Shown here in pieces: positions 30,771 to 39,900 of a stretch of DNA of 64,000 bases. How positions within the stretch are numbered: the first letter of the stretch is position 1; every line of letters begins with the position of its first letter. This stretch comes from Gemmatimonadota bacterium (lineage in GTDB: Bacteria; Gemmatimonadota; Gemmatimonadetes; Gemmatimonadales; Gemmatimonadaceae). The position numbers were made by a program, and so were the translations under genes. The notes beneath the pieces are model-generated. The model did not search any database, was not told the DNA's origin, and saw only the letters and a list, made by a program, of their open reading frames with translations. The stretch lies in contig JAZJZK010000005.1 in the NCBI GenBank assembly GCA_040389905.1, positions 128,001-192,000 on the forward strand, given 5' to 3'.

Positions 30771-32279
30771 ATGCCCGAACGAATGCGCACGCGGTTCCTC
30801 GTCATCGGTAGTGGTGTCGCCGGTCTGCACACGGCATGGCGTGCGTCGCAGCATAGCGACGTTCTGCTGCTCACGAAGCGCTCCCTGTTCGACAGCGCAA
30901 CGGCATACGCGCAAGGGGGAATCGCCGCCGCCCTCGGCGCCGGCGATTCACCGAAACTGCATCGTCAGGACACCCTGGCGGCAGGTGCGGCTCTCTGCGA
31001 CGCGGCAGCAGTGCAGGTGCTCGTCGAAGAGGGGCCGGCGCGCGTCCGCGAGCTGCAGACGGCGGGCGCCGAATTCGACCTCGATCCGAAGGGCGAGCTG
31101 CTGCTGGGGCGTGAGGCGGCGCACTCGACCAACCGCATCGTGCACGCACATGGCGATCAGACCGGTGCCGAGGTCGCCCGCACGCTCATCGCGCGCGTGC
31201 GGCGGAGCAAGCGGATCACCGTGCTCGAACGGGCGCGTGTCCTCGACCTGATCGTCTCGCGCGGTGCGTGCATCGGCGTGCGCGCGAGTGTCAAGGGAAA
31301 GCCGGTGGAGATCATCGCCGACGCGAGTGTGCTCGCGACCGGCGGGTGTGGCCAGTGCTATCGCTATACGACGAACCCCGTCGTCGCCACGGGAGACGGA
31401 TTCGCGATCGCACACCGCGCCGACGTCACACTCGCCGACATGGAATTCGTCCAATTCCATCCGACGGCGCTCGACACCCCGGAGAATCCGCTCGCGCTCA
31501 TCAGTGAGGCCGTCCGCGGAGAGGGCGCAATCCTCGTGAACGAGCGGGGCGAGCGTTTCATGAAGAAGGTGCACGCCGACGCGGAGTTGGCGCCGCGAGA
31601 CGTCGTCGCGCGCGCGATCTTTCGCGAACAGAAGCGCAGCCGCGTCTACCTCGATGCGCGCAAGCTCGGCCGCGGGTTCGCGAAGCGCTTTCCCGGCATC
31701 CTCGCGCTGTGTGCCGCGCGAGGTATCGATCCCCGCAAGAACCTCATTCCGGTGACGCCGGCGGCGCACTACATGATGGGCGGCGTGGTGACCGACCTGA
31801 ATGGCCGCTCGAGCATGCCCCGCCTCTACGCCGTCGGCGAAGTGGCGCGCACCGGTGTGCACGGCGCCAATCGGCTGGCGTCGAACTCGTTGCTGGAAGG
31901 ATTGGTCTTCGCGGAACGCGTGGCACGCGATCTGATCGGTGTCGCACCCCTGAAGAGCCTGCCCGCCGCGAAGGACTGGACGGTGCCGCCGTTCTCCGAT
32001 CGCGGTGCGGCGCAGGTGGCGGCGGATCGCGTCCGCGCGGTGATGTGGCTGCACGCGGGCATCGCGCGCACGGCGAAAGGTTTGCGGATGGCAGTGGCCG
32101 AGCTGGCGGAAATCGAAGAGCGCCTGCCAGAGGGAGCCACGGAAGAACTGAATCTGGTGCAGACCGCACGCCTTATCGTGGAGGGCGCGCTGCGGCGCAA
32201 AGAGTCTCGTGGCGGACACTACCGGAGCGATTTTCCGCGATCGAAAAGCACGTGGCGTGGCCGTCACATAGAGTTGTGA
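30771..32279 (+). CDS. nadB: L-aspartate oxidase
   Basis: GSGVAG, AQGGIA, EFVQFHPT, SEAVRGEG, HGANRLASNSL; linked to nadA and nadC. Confidence 0.95.
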   Translation: MPERMRTRFLVIGSGVAGLHTAWRASQHSDVLLLTKRSLFDSATAYAQGGIAAALGAGDSPKLHRQDTLAAGAALCDAAAVQVLVEEGPARVRELQTAGAEFDLDPKGELLLGREAAHSTNRIVHAHGDQTGAEVARTLIARVRRSKRITVLERARVLDLIVSRGACIGVRASVKGKPVEIIADASVLATGGCGQCYRYTTNPVVATGDGFAIAHRADVTLADMEFVQFHPTALDTPENPLALISEAVRGEGAILVNERGERFMKKVHADAELAPRDVVARAIFREQKRSRVYLDARKLGRGFAKRFPGILALCAARGIDPRKNLIPVTPAAHYMMGGVVTDLNGRSSMPRLYAVGEVARTGVHGANRLASNSLLEGLVFAERVARDLIGVAPLKSLPAAKDWTVPPFSDRGAAQVAADRVRAVMWLHAGIARTAKGLRMAVAELAEIEERLPEGATEELNLVQTARLIVEGALRRKESRGGHYRSDFPRSKSTWRGRHIEL

Positions 32280-32388
32280 CCACAGGCCGGTCACTGTCAG
32301 ACTGACAGGCACCGCGATAAGTTGACCCTCTGTCGGGGTCGGCTCGCATGCCGGCGCGCCGGGCCAATACATCCGGGAGAATGACTGC

Positions 32389-32769
32389 GTGAGGGTTCTC
32401 GTTGCCGATGATGATCGCATGCTGTCGCAGATGCTTTGCAGCGTTCTGCGGCAGGTTGGTCATAAGGCTACGCCCGCATTCGACACCATCCAGACGATGA
32501 TGCTGGCGAAGCGCGAGCCCATGCCGGAGCTCATTCTTCTCGACATCAACATGCCGGGCGGATCAGGGCTGGGGACGCTCACCAGTCTCAAGAACAATTC
32601 CAAAACCTGCGACATTCCGATCATCATCATCAGCGGTAGCCCGGACAAGACGATGCCGGAGCAGGTCAAGAAGCTCGGAGGCAGCCGCTTTGTCTCGAAG
32701 CCCGTCGACCCCAGCATGCTTCTCCAGATCATTCGTGAAGTGATGGAGGAAAACGGCGTCGTCGATTAG
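32389..32769 (+). CDS. Stand-alone receiver (CheY-like) protein
   Basis: VADDD, LLDINMP, IISG, SKP; SD-like GGAG upstream of GTG. Confidence 0.9.
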   Translation: MRVLVADDDRMLSQMLCSVLRQVGHKATPAFDTIQTMMLAKREPMPELILLDINMPGGSGLGTLTSLKNNSKTCDIPIIIISGSPDKTMPEQVKKLGGSRFVSKPVDPSMLLQIIREVMEENGVVD

Positions 32770-32778
32770 AATTCACGG

Positions 32779-33813
32779 ATGGGGACGACCAGCGCGCCGA
32801 TTCGCTCGCGAGACGAGTTGATCGCCGAGATGCAGGGTGAGATCAAGATGCTCGCCCGCGCGAAGAACGCCGTGATTCTCGCGCACAATTACGAGCGACC
32901 GGAAGTCCAGGACGTCGCCGACTTTGTCGGGGACTCGCTTGGCCTGTCTCGCGAAGCCGCCAAGACGGAAGCCGAGGTGATCGTCTTCTGTGGCGTGCAC
33001 TTCATGGCGGAAACCGCTGCGGTTCTCTCGCCATCGAAAACAGTGCTCCTGCCTGACCTGGCCGCAGGGTGTTCACTCGCGTCGATGATCGATGCGAAAC
33101 AGCTCCGCGCATGGAAGGCGGAGCATCCCGGTGCGGTCGTCGTGTCGTACGTCAACACGACCGCCGAGGTGAAGGCCGAGAGCGACTACTGCTGCACGTC
33201 GGGGAATGCGGTCGAAGTGGTGAACGCCATTCCCGCCGACACCGAGATCCTCTTCTGTCCCGACATGTTTCTCGGCGCGCACGTCAAACGCCTGAGCGGC
33301 AGACAGAACATCCATATCTGGCTCGGCGAATGTCACGTGCATGCGGGCATCGATCCCGAGGACATTCGTCTCAAGCGTGCGCAACATCCGGGCGCGGAGT
33401 TCCTGATTCATCCCGAGTGCGGTTGCTCGACGAGCGTACTCGAAGCGATGTCGGCCGGCGACGTCGACCCCGAGGGCGTACAAATCCTGTCCACCGAAGG
33501 GATGATCAAGCGGCCGGCGCTTTCTGGTGCCGACGAGTTCATCGTCGCGACGGAGGTTGGAATCTTGCATCGCCTCCGCAGGGAAAATCCGTCGAAGCGT
33601 TTCTTCGCCGCGAACGAGCGCGCATCGTGCACGTACATGAAGGTGACCACGCTTCCAAAGGTGAAGCGTGCACTCGAACGGATGGAACACCGTATCACCG
33701 TGCCGGCGGCGATCGCCGACAAGGCTCGCCTTGCCATCGAACGTATGATCGCTATCGGGGGCCAGCATCCGCTGAGTCCCGTGCCGGAAACCACGGTTGA
33801 TCCCGGGGAATAG
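32779..33813 (+). CDS. nadA: Quinolinate synthase A
   Basis: LAHNY, GDSL, FCGVHFMAE, AGCSLA, YVNT, HPEC. Confidence 0.95.
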   Translation: MGTTSAPIRSRDELIAEMQGEIKMLARAKNAVILAHNYERPEVQDVADFVGDSLGLSREAAKTEAEVIVFCGVHFMAETAAVLSPSKTVLLPDLAAGCSLASMIDAKQLRAWKAEHPGAVVVSYVNTTAEVKAESDYCCTSGNAVEVVNAIPADTEILFCPDMFLGAHVKRLSGRQNIHIWLGECHVHAGIDPEDIRLKRAQHPGAEFLIHPECGCSTSVLEAMSAGDVDPEGVQILSTEGMIKRPALSGADEFIVATEVGILHRLRRENPSKRFFAANERASCTYMKVTTLPKVKRALERMEHRITVPAAIADKARLAIERMIAIGGQHPLSPVPETTVDPGE

Positions 33814-33947
33814 CAAACCGCAACGAAATGAACGCGGGTTGAGCGGATTGAGGCGGATCACATCTGATCAAAAAGCGTTCAAGGCATGTTTTATCAGTTT
33901 TTTGCTGTGTGATCCGCTCAATCCGCGTTCTTCTGTTGCAGTTTGCT
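33812..33947. repeat. Inverted-repeat element, family C, with AT-rich core
   Basis: GAACGCGGGTTGAGCGGAT...ATCCGCTCAATCCGCGTTC with outer arms AGCAAACCGCAAC/GTTGCAGTTTGCT; second copy at 46771. Confidence 0.85.
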
Positions 33948-33961
33948 CAAGGAGGGCCACG

Positions 33962-34891
33962 ATGGAACTTCGCCAAGCGGAACCCGACCGCCCCCCGCGC
34001 ACGATCACCCCGCTCAGCACACCAGCGGTGATGAGCGTTGGGTTGCTCAGATTCCCCTATGCGCAGGTCGAGCTGCATGGCCTGGTCAAGGCAGCCCTCG
34101 ACGAGGACGGAGCGTTCAACGACCTCACCACGATTGCGACCGTGGTGTCGGACCGCCACGCGCGCGGCCGGCTCGTCGCGCGCGCGCATGGCGTGCTGTG
34201 CGGCATACCGCTCGCCCTCGAGGCGTTTCGCACGCTCGACCCCAAAGTCACTATCCGCGTGGACAAGGAAGATGGCGCCACCCTCGCACCGGGCGATTCG
34301 ATCCTCTATCTGTCGGGCCACGCGCGCGCGCTACTCGCTGCGGAGCGGGTATCGCTGAACTTCATGCAACGGCTGTCCGGCGTGGCGTCGATCACCGCCC
34401 GCTATGTCACCGCCGTCACGGGCACACGCGCGAAGATTCTCGATACGCGAAAGACGACGCCGGGGTGGCGGTTGCTCGAGAAGTACGCGGTGCGGGCCGG
34501 TGGCGGCACTAACCATCGCCTCAACCTCTCCACCGCGGTGTTGATCAAGGACAACCATCTCGCCTCCGTTGACGGCGATGTCGGCGTCGCCGTGCGGCGC
34601 GCCCGCGAGCTCGCTCCCGCGGGAACCAAGGTCGAGGTCGAGTGTGACCGCATCGAGCAGGTCCAGGCAGCGATTGACGCCAAGGCCGACATCATCTTGC
34701 TCGACAACATGTCCATCGCCGTGATGTCGCAGTGCGTCGACCTGATCGCCGGGCGCGTCATCACCGAAGCATCCGGCGGCGTCAACCTCGACACCGTGCG
34801 CACGATCGCCGAAACCGGCGTGGACTGGATTTCCGTCGGCGCCCTCACTCACTCGGCGCCCGCGCTCGATCTTGCCCTCGACTTCGAGTAA
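33962..34891 (+). CDS. nadC: Nicotinate-nucleotide diphosphorylase (quinolinate phosphoribosyltransferase)
   Basis: SD AGGAGG; DTRKTTPG, NHR, IKDNH, EVE, LLDN, EASGG. Confidence 0.95.
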   Translation: MELRQAEPDRPPRTITPLSTPAVMSVGLLRFPYAQVELHGLVKAALDEDGAFNDLTTIATVVSDRHARGRLVARAHGVLCGIPLALEAFRTLDPKVTIRVDKEDGATLAPGDSILYLSGHARALLAAERVSLNFMQRLSGVASITARYVTAVTGTRAKILDTRKTTPGWRLLEKYAVRAGGGTNHRLNLSTAVLIKDNHLASVDGDVGVAVRRARELAPAGTKVEVECDRIEQVQAAIDAKADIILLDNMSIAVMSQCVDLIAGRVITEASGGVNLDTVRTIAETGVDWISVGALTHSAPALDLALDFE

Positions 34892-36002
34892 CGAATCCCT
34901 CTGGGCCGGCGTTCAACGCGTTCAGTATCCAACACTCGTTGGAGAAGCGTTCGCGGACGTCTGCGTTGTCGGCCTTGGTGGGTCTGGGCTCGTCTGCGCC
35001 GGTGAACTGCTGCGCCTGGGCGCGAGTGTCATCGGCATCGATGCCGGCGCGATTGGTGGCGGGGCCGGAGGACGGAATGGCGGATTCCTGCTGGCCGGTG
35101 TGGCGAAGTTCTACCACGACGCTATCGACGCCTACGGCCGCGAGCGTGCGCGGCAGATGTATCAGCTGAGCCTCGACGAGATCGAGCGAATCGCCGCTGC
35201 GACACCGGATACCGTCTCGCTCTGCGGCTCACTTCGCATTGCCGACTCGCCCGAGGAGGAACGCGACTGTCTGGCGCAGGTTGTCGCGATGCGGCGCGAT
35301 GGACTCGCCGCCGAGGCGTATGACGGTGCGGAGGGCCGTGGCGTGCTCGTGCCTGGCGATGGAGCCTTTCAGCCGCTCGAACGGTGCGCGTCGCTCGCGG
35401 CTGCGGTGCGCGCGGCCGGGGGCGTGTTGTTCGAAGGGTCGCCGGTGACGCGCGTCGCGGCTGGCGCAGTGCACACCCCAACGGGCGTCGTGCGTGCCAA
35501 ACGCGTCGTCGTTGCCGTGGACGGAGCGCTCGACCTCCTCCTGCCGGAGCTCGCGAGCGAAGTGCGAACGGCTCGGCTGCAGATGCTGGCGACGGCCCCG
35601 ACGACGGAGATCAGTCTCACGCGGCCCGTGTACACGCGGTGGGGTTACGACTACTGGCAGCAACGTCCTGATGGCGCGATTGCGTTGGGCGGCGCCCGCG
35701 ACGTTGGCGGCGACGCCGAGTGGACACATGACACATCGCCGACAGAGACGGTCCAGCGTGCGCTCGACGACCGGCTGAGAGCCACGCTCGGCGTCAGCGC
35801 AAAGATTACGCATCGATGGGGCGCAAGCGTGAGCTATACGAAATCAGAAGTGCCCATCGTGCGCGAAGTGCGTCCATCGGTGTGGGCGGTCGGCGGCTAC
35901 TCGGGTACGGGGAATGTGATCGGGTCGCTGCTTGGTCGCGGAATCGCGCGGCTCGTCATCAGGGGCGACGACGCGCTGCTCTCGCCATTCCTGCACGCGT
36001 GA
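34872..36002 (+). CDS. FAD-dependent oxidoreductase (DAO/PuuB-like)
   Basis: VVGLGGSG, GRNGGF, GYSGTG. Confidence 0.85.
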   Translation: MPSTSSNESLWAGVQRVQYPTLVGEAFADVCVVGLGGSGLVCAGELLRLGASVIGIDAGAIGGGAGGRNGGFLLAGVAKFYHDAIDAYGRERARQMYQLSLDEIERIAAATPDTVSLCGSLRIADSPEEERDCLAQVVAMRRDGLAAEAYDGAEGRGVLVPGDGAFQPLERCASLAAAVRAAGGVLFEGSPVTRVAAGAVHTPTGVVRAKRVVVAVDGALDLLLPELASEVRTARLQMLATAPTTEISLTRPVYTRWGYDYWQQRPDGAIALGGARDVGGDAEWTHDTSPTETVQRALDDRLRATLGVSAKITHRWGASVSYTKSEVPIVREVRPSVWAVGGYSGTGNVIGSLLGRGIARLVIRGDDALLSPFLHA

Positions 36003-36015
36003 CCATCTTGGTGGA

Positions 36016-37044
36016 ATGAACGCTCCGCCGCGGACGGCACGTCCGATCGCCACGCTCCTCGAAGGAATCCTGCGCGTCCCGCTCCTGGCCAAGCTGGCGG
36101 GCGCGAATCTGATCATCGTCGCGTCCGCCCTGTTCGGCGTCATGATCGAGCGGCGGCTGAGTTCGACGGCGAGCGCCGTCTCGATTCTTGGCATCGCGCT
36201 CGGCGTCAGCCTCGTCGTCAACCTCGTGCTGGTCTATGTGGCGCTGCAGCCGTTGAACGACCTCGAAGCGACGGCCACCCGCCTGTCCACTGGTGACATG
36301 AGCGCTCGGGTGCCCGCGAGTGTGCTGGCCGACCGCGACATGGCACGCGTAGGCACGACGCTCAATGCGCTGCTCGACCGACTGACGGAAGATCGCGCGC
36401 GCGAGCGTCAGCTCGCGGCGCTTGTCATCAGTGCGCAGGACGAGGAGCGTGCGCGTGTCGCCCGCGAGCTGCACGACTCCACCGCGCAGATTCTCACGGC
36501 GGTCATGCTCCAGCTGGGTGCTGCCGCGCGGGAGAGTACCTCACCGCCGCTCGATGCGCGCATTGCGACGCTGCGCGAGTTGACCGCGGAAGCGCTCGAA
36601 GAGGTGCGGTCGATGTCGCACACGATGCACCCGCGCGTGCTCGATGACCTCGGGCTCGCCGCCGCGCTGGAGTGGCTTGCCCGGAAGACGGGTGCGCAGG
36701 AGCCGCTCGATGTGCATGTTGCAGCCGTCGAACTCGATCCACCGCTTTCTCCGCCATTGGCCGCCGCGCTGTATCGTGTTGCCCAGGAGGCGTTGCGCAA
36801 CGTTGCACGGCACGCCGATGCTCGACACGTGAACGTCCGGCTTCGCCGGGAACGGGAGGTCGTGTTGCTCGAGGTCGGTGACGATGGCCGTGGGTTCGAC
36901 GTGGCGAGCGCGGAAAAACGGCGGCCGGGAATGGGATTGTTTTCGATGCGTGAACGCATAGGCTTGGTAAATGGCCACCTGCTCGTGAAGAGCGCGCCGG
37001 GCCAGGGCACAACGGTCGTCGCGACGGTGCCGTTTGGAAACTGA
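36016..37044 (+). CDS. Membrane HAMP sensor histidine kinase, HisKA_3 (NarX/UhpB) type
   Basis: QDEERARVARELHD, QEALRNVARH, DDGRGF, GLFSMRER. Confidence 0.92.
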   Translation: MNAPPRTARPIATLLEGILRVPLLAKLAGANLIIVASALFGVMIERRLSSTASAVSILGIALGVSLVVNLVLVYVALQPLNDLEATATRLSTGDMSARVPASVLADRDMARVGTTLNALLDRLTEDRARERQLAALVISAQDEERARVARELHDSTAQILTAVMLQLGAAARESTSPPLDARIATLRELTAEALEEVRSMSHTMHPRVLDDLGLAAALEWLARKTGAQEPLDVHVAAVELDPPLSPPLAAALYRVAQEALRNVARHADARHVNVRLRREREVVLLEVGDDGRGFDVASAEKRRPGMGLFSMRERIGLVNGHLLVKSAPGQGTTVVATVPFGN

Positions 37045-37058
37045 CGAGGTGCACTAGA

Positions 37059-37721
37059 ATGAACATTCGGGTCGTGCTCGTGGATGACCATGCCATCGTT
37101 CGCACGGGACTCAAGGCGGTGCTTGGTTCCGCGCCGGACGTGGATGTCGTCGGGGAGGCAGCTGGCGGACACGAGGCCGTGACACTGCTGGCGAGGACCC
37201 CAGCAGACGTCGTCGTCATGGATATTTCCATGGCGGACGGCGACGGCATCGCGGCGACGCGGACGATTACCGCCGCGGGAAATGATGGGCCGCGTGTACT
37301 CGTGCTGACCATGCACGCGGAGGAAGCGTATCTGGAGGCCGTCCTCGAAGCGGGTGCCTCGGGGTACCTGGTGAAGAGCGCTGCCGACCGCGAGCTCGTG
37401 GATGCAGTCCGGGCGGTCGCGCGCGGGGAGGTCTGGGTGCAACCTGCTGCCGCGCGCGTGCTTGCGCAGGGTGCGCGTCGGCGAGAAGAACATGCCACGG
37501 ACAGGGCTCGCTACGAGCGGCTGACCGATCGCGAGCGAGCCGTGATGGGGTTGATCGCCGAGGGCTACACGGCGCCGGAAATCGGAGAGCAGCTCTCGAT
37601 CAGCCCAAAAACAGTGGATACGTACAAGCAGCGGATCAATGACAAGCTTGGCCTGACGCATCGCGCAGACTACGTAAAGCTGGCGCTCAAGCTTGGCTTA
37701 CTGAAAACGCCGGTGCAGTAA
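37059..37721 (+). CDS. NarL/FixJ (LuxR-HTH) response regulator
   Basis: VDDHAIVRTG, MDISM, LTDRE, ISPKTVDTY. Confidence 0.94.
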   Translation: MNIRVVLVDDHAIVRTGLKAVLGSAPDVDVVGEAAGGHEAVTLLARTPADVVVMDISMADGDGIAATRTITAAGNDGPRVLVLTMHAEEAYLEAVLEAGASGYLVKSAADRELVDAVRAVARGEVWVQPAAARVLAQGARRREEHATDRARYERLTDRERAVMGLIAEGYTAPEIGEQLSISPKTVDTYKQRINDKLGLTHRADYVKLALKLGLLKTPVQ

Positions 37722-37746
37722 TGTGAGGCGGGCCAGACTGACAGGC

Positions 37747-37786
37747 GTGCAGACCCCTCGACTCGCTTCGCTCGCTCGGGGTGACA
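37747..37786. repeat. Family A repeat, right half only
   Basis: GTGCAGACCCCTCGACTCGCTTCGCTCGCTCGGGGTGACA. Confidence 0.85.
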
Positions 37787-37810
37787 GGGGCAGTTCACGA
37801 TGGGAACCAA

Positions 37811-37951
37811 TCAAAGATCAGCGCAACTCTTGGCGATGCCGTTACAGTTGCGACACAACAGCTTGCAGTTGCGCCACCACAGATCCGTAGAGCCGCAGTG
37901 ATCGCACACCTCTTCCGACGGTTCGGGCAGGGGCGCTGGAATATCAGGCAT
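37811..37951 (-). CDS. Small cysteine-rich zinc-ribbon microprotein
   Basis: CDHCG...NCKLLCRNC...SCAD; lies in an otherwise intergenic gap. Confidence 0.7.
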   Translation of the reverse strand: MPDIPAPLPEPSEEVCDHCGSTDLWWRNCKLLCRNCNGIAKSCADL

Positions 37952-37990
37952 GTCTGAAGATACCATTTTCTCTCCGCGAGCCACTATCTC

Positions 37991-39097
37991 ATGTCGATGA
38001 CACCCACAGTGTCGAATGTTGGACTGATCGGCTTCGGCCTCGGCGGCGCTACCTTCCATGCGCCGTTCATCGCCCGGACGCCGGGCCTGCGCCTTGCCGC
38101 AGTGATGACCAGCGATCCTGCACGGCGCGCCGCAGTGGAGCGTGAGTATCCCGATACGGTGATCGTGAGTGACTTCGCCGAGCTCATGGCGCAGTCTCCC
38201 AAGCTCGACCTGGTTGCGATTTCCACGCCGAACGGCACCCACTATCCACTCGCTCGCGCCGTGCTCGAGGCTGGGTGCCATGTCGTCGTCGACAAGCCAT
38301 TTGCGGCGACCGCGAGCCAGGCGCGCGACCTCGCGTCGATCGCGGCCGCGGCAGGCCGGCGTGCCTTTCCCTTCCAGAATCGCCGCTGGGACGGCGACTA
38401 TCTCACGCTACGCAAGCTCATCGCCGACGGCGCGCTTGGAGAGATTCATCGCTTTGAGTCACGGTTCGACCGGTGGCGCGTCGATCCGAAACCTGGCTGG
38501 TGCCGGCCTGACGCGCGCGAGCGGACGGAGAATATCGTTCACGATCTGGCGACACACCTCATCGACCAGTCGCTCTGCCTGTTCGGGCCGGTGGCCTCCG
38601 TGTACGCCGAGCTTCGGCGCGTCCGACCGAAAACGGAGAGCGTGGACGATGCGTTCATCGCGCTGACGCACGAGAGCGGTGTCTGCTCGCACCTCACGAT
38701 GACCATTCAAGCCGGAATTCTGCCAGCGCGGATGAGTGTGTTCGGTGCGCGCGGGGCGTACGTGAAGTTCGGCGTGGATGTGCAGGAGGAGCAACTGCGT
38801 GCTGGGGTCCGTCCCGACACGCCGGGTTACGGCGACGACCCAGAAGAGCGTTGGGGCGCTTTCGGCGCCGGCGAGGACAAGCGCATCATCCCCACCCTGC
38901 GCGGCGACTACTCGCCATTCTATCTGGGCGTTGCGCGGGCCATTCGAGAGGGTGCGCCGAGTCCGGTGGCGATTCCCGACGTCGTGACGCAATTGGAAAT
39001 CGTCGAGGCTGCCTTTCGTTCGGCGGAGAGTGGCATGGTCGAATTCCTGAGCCCCATCCGCGGCGCGCGCCTATCGCTCGCGCGTCGTCCCTTCTGA
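37991..39097 (+). CDS. Gfo/Idh/MocA family oxidoreductase (YdgJ/IolW-like)
   Basis: IGFGLGG, TPNGTH, VVDKP, FQNRRWD, DLATHLID. Confidence 0.9.
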   Translation: MSMTPTVSNVGLIGFGLGGATFHAPFIARTPGLRLAAVMTSDPARRAAVEREYPDTVIVSDFAELMAQSPKLDLVAISTPNGTHYPLARAVLEAGCHVVVDKPFAATASQARDLASIAAAAGRRAFPFQNRRWDGDYLTLRKLIADGALGEIHRFESRFDRWRVDPKPGWCRPDARERTENIVHDLATHLIDQSLCLFGPVASVYAELRRVRPKTESVDDAFIALTHESGVCSHLTMTIQAGILPARMSVFGARGAYVKFGVDVQEEQLRAGVRPDTPGYGDDPEERWGAFGAGEDKRIIPTLRGDYSPFYLGVARAIREGAPSPVAIPDVVTQLEIVEAAFRSAESGMVEFLSPIRGARLSLARRPF

Positions 39098-39100
39098 AAC

Positions 39101-39163
39101 GACAGGTATCAGGAGACAGGGGACAGGGGACAGGAGCTCGGTGCTGGGGTTTAGGAGCTAGGA
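39101..39163 (+). repeat. Heptamer tandem array (GACAGGG)n, about 9 degenerate units
   Basis: GACAGGT ATCAGGA GACAGGG GACAGGG GACAGGA GCTCGGT GCTGGGG TTTAGGA GCTAGGA. Confidence 0.85.
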
Positions 39164-39217
39164 CGTGCAGGCGAAGCCGCTCGCCGATCGTGCGCCGACC
39201 GTGCAGCGAAGGCTCTT

Positions 39218-39258
39218 CCGCTCGTTTTGTCGCCCTGAGCGCAGCGAAGGGCCCGCAC
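39218..39258 (+). repeat. Family B repeat, left arm of an inverted pair
   Basis: 41 bp with 2 mismatches to the reverse complement of 39747-39787. Confidence 0.92.
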
Positions 39259-39326
39259 ACTCCCCGGCGGGCGCACACAGCGGCCTTCCGCTGGAAGTGG
39301 ACTTAGGACTTCGAAGCGGGCAATCG

Positions 39327-39668
39327 TTAATGTCGCTTGTTTCCCGTCTTCGAGGCGTACGGAAGGTCTCCAGTCTTTAACCACTTCCAGAGCCAATCAT
39401 ACTGGGGCGGCAGCATCGTGAAACCTTCTTTGGTCAGAAGCCACCATGAATCTATGCCGGCCTTGACCGAGACAATCCGCTGAGGGTCGTTCGACAAGGC
39501 GGCCATGATGAAGCTCCCCGGCACAACGAAAAGGAAGAAAACCATGGGGGTCAGCAGGAACCAGAACTGGAAACCTGCGAAGAGCACGACTAACAGCAGC
39601 CATGTCCACGCCGCGGCGGCTAGCACGAACGGCAGTCGAATTAGCAGAAACACCGTAGATAGACGCAT
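39327..39668 (-). CDS. Orphan small membrane protein
   Basis: 113 aa, very hydrophobic and Trp/Phe-rich; SD-like GAGG upstream; no family recognised. Confidence 0.65.
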   Translation of the reverse strand: MRLSTVFLLIRLPFVLAAAAWTWLLLVVLFAGFQFWFLLTPMVFFLFVVPGSFIMAALSNDPQRIVSVKAGIDSWWLLTKEGFTMLPPQYDWLWKWLKTGDLPYASKTGNKRH

Positions 39669-39746
39669 TGTGCCTCATCGGGCTGAGTTCGGCGCAAGAA
39701 GGACGGTGACACGATGGCAAAGGTCTCGAAAGATGGGAAGTGCGGG

Positions 39747-39787
39747 GTGCAGGCCCTTCGCTTCGCTCAGGGCGACAAAACGAGCGG
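39747..39787 (-). repeat. Family B repeat, right arm of an inverted pair
   Basis: GTGCAGGCCCTTCGCTTCGCTCAGGGCGACAAAACGAGCGG. Confidence 0.92.
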
Positions 39788-39791
39788 TTCT

Positions 39792-39861
39792 TCCTGTCCC
39801 CTGTCTCCTGTTCCCTGTCCCCTGTCCCCTGTCTCCTATCACCTAGCTCCCGTCCCCTGAC
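39792..39861 (-). repeat. Heptamer tandem array (CCCTGTC)n, about 10 units, complementary to 39101-39163
   Basis: TCCTGTC CCCTGTC TCCTGTT CCCTGTC CCCTGTC CCCTGTC TCCTATC ACCTAGC TCCCGTC CCCTGAC. Confidence 0.88.
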
Positions 39862-39900
39862 TCCCTAGATTCAAGGAAGCCACCTCCTACGGAGCTACAT

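Noticed and set aside
32298..37746. Shared 13-mer CAGACTGACAGGC at 32298 and 37734
   Set aside because: Only two copies with no consistent position relative to genes; may be chance
39101..39861. Heptamer arrays and repeats as a CRISPR array or integron attC cassette
   Set aside because: No regular repeat-spacer periodicity, no cas or intI gene, and I could not identify attC R/L boxes
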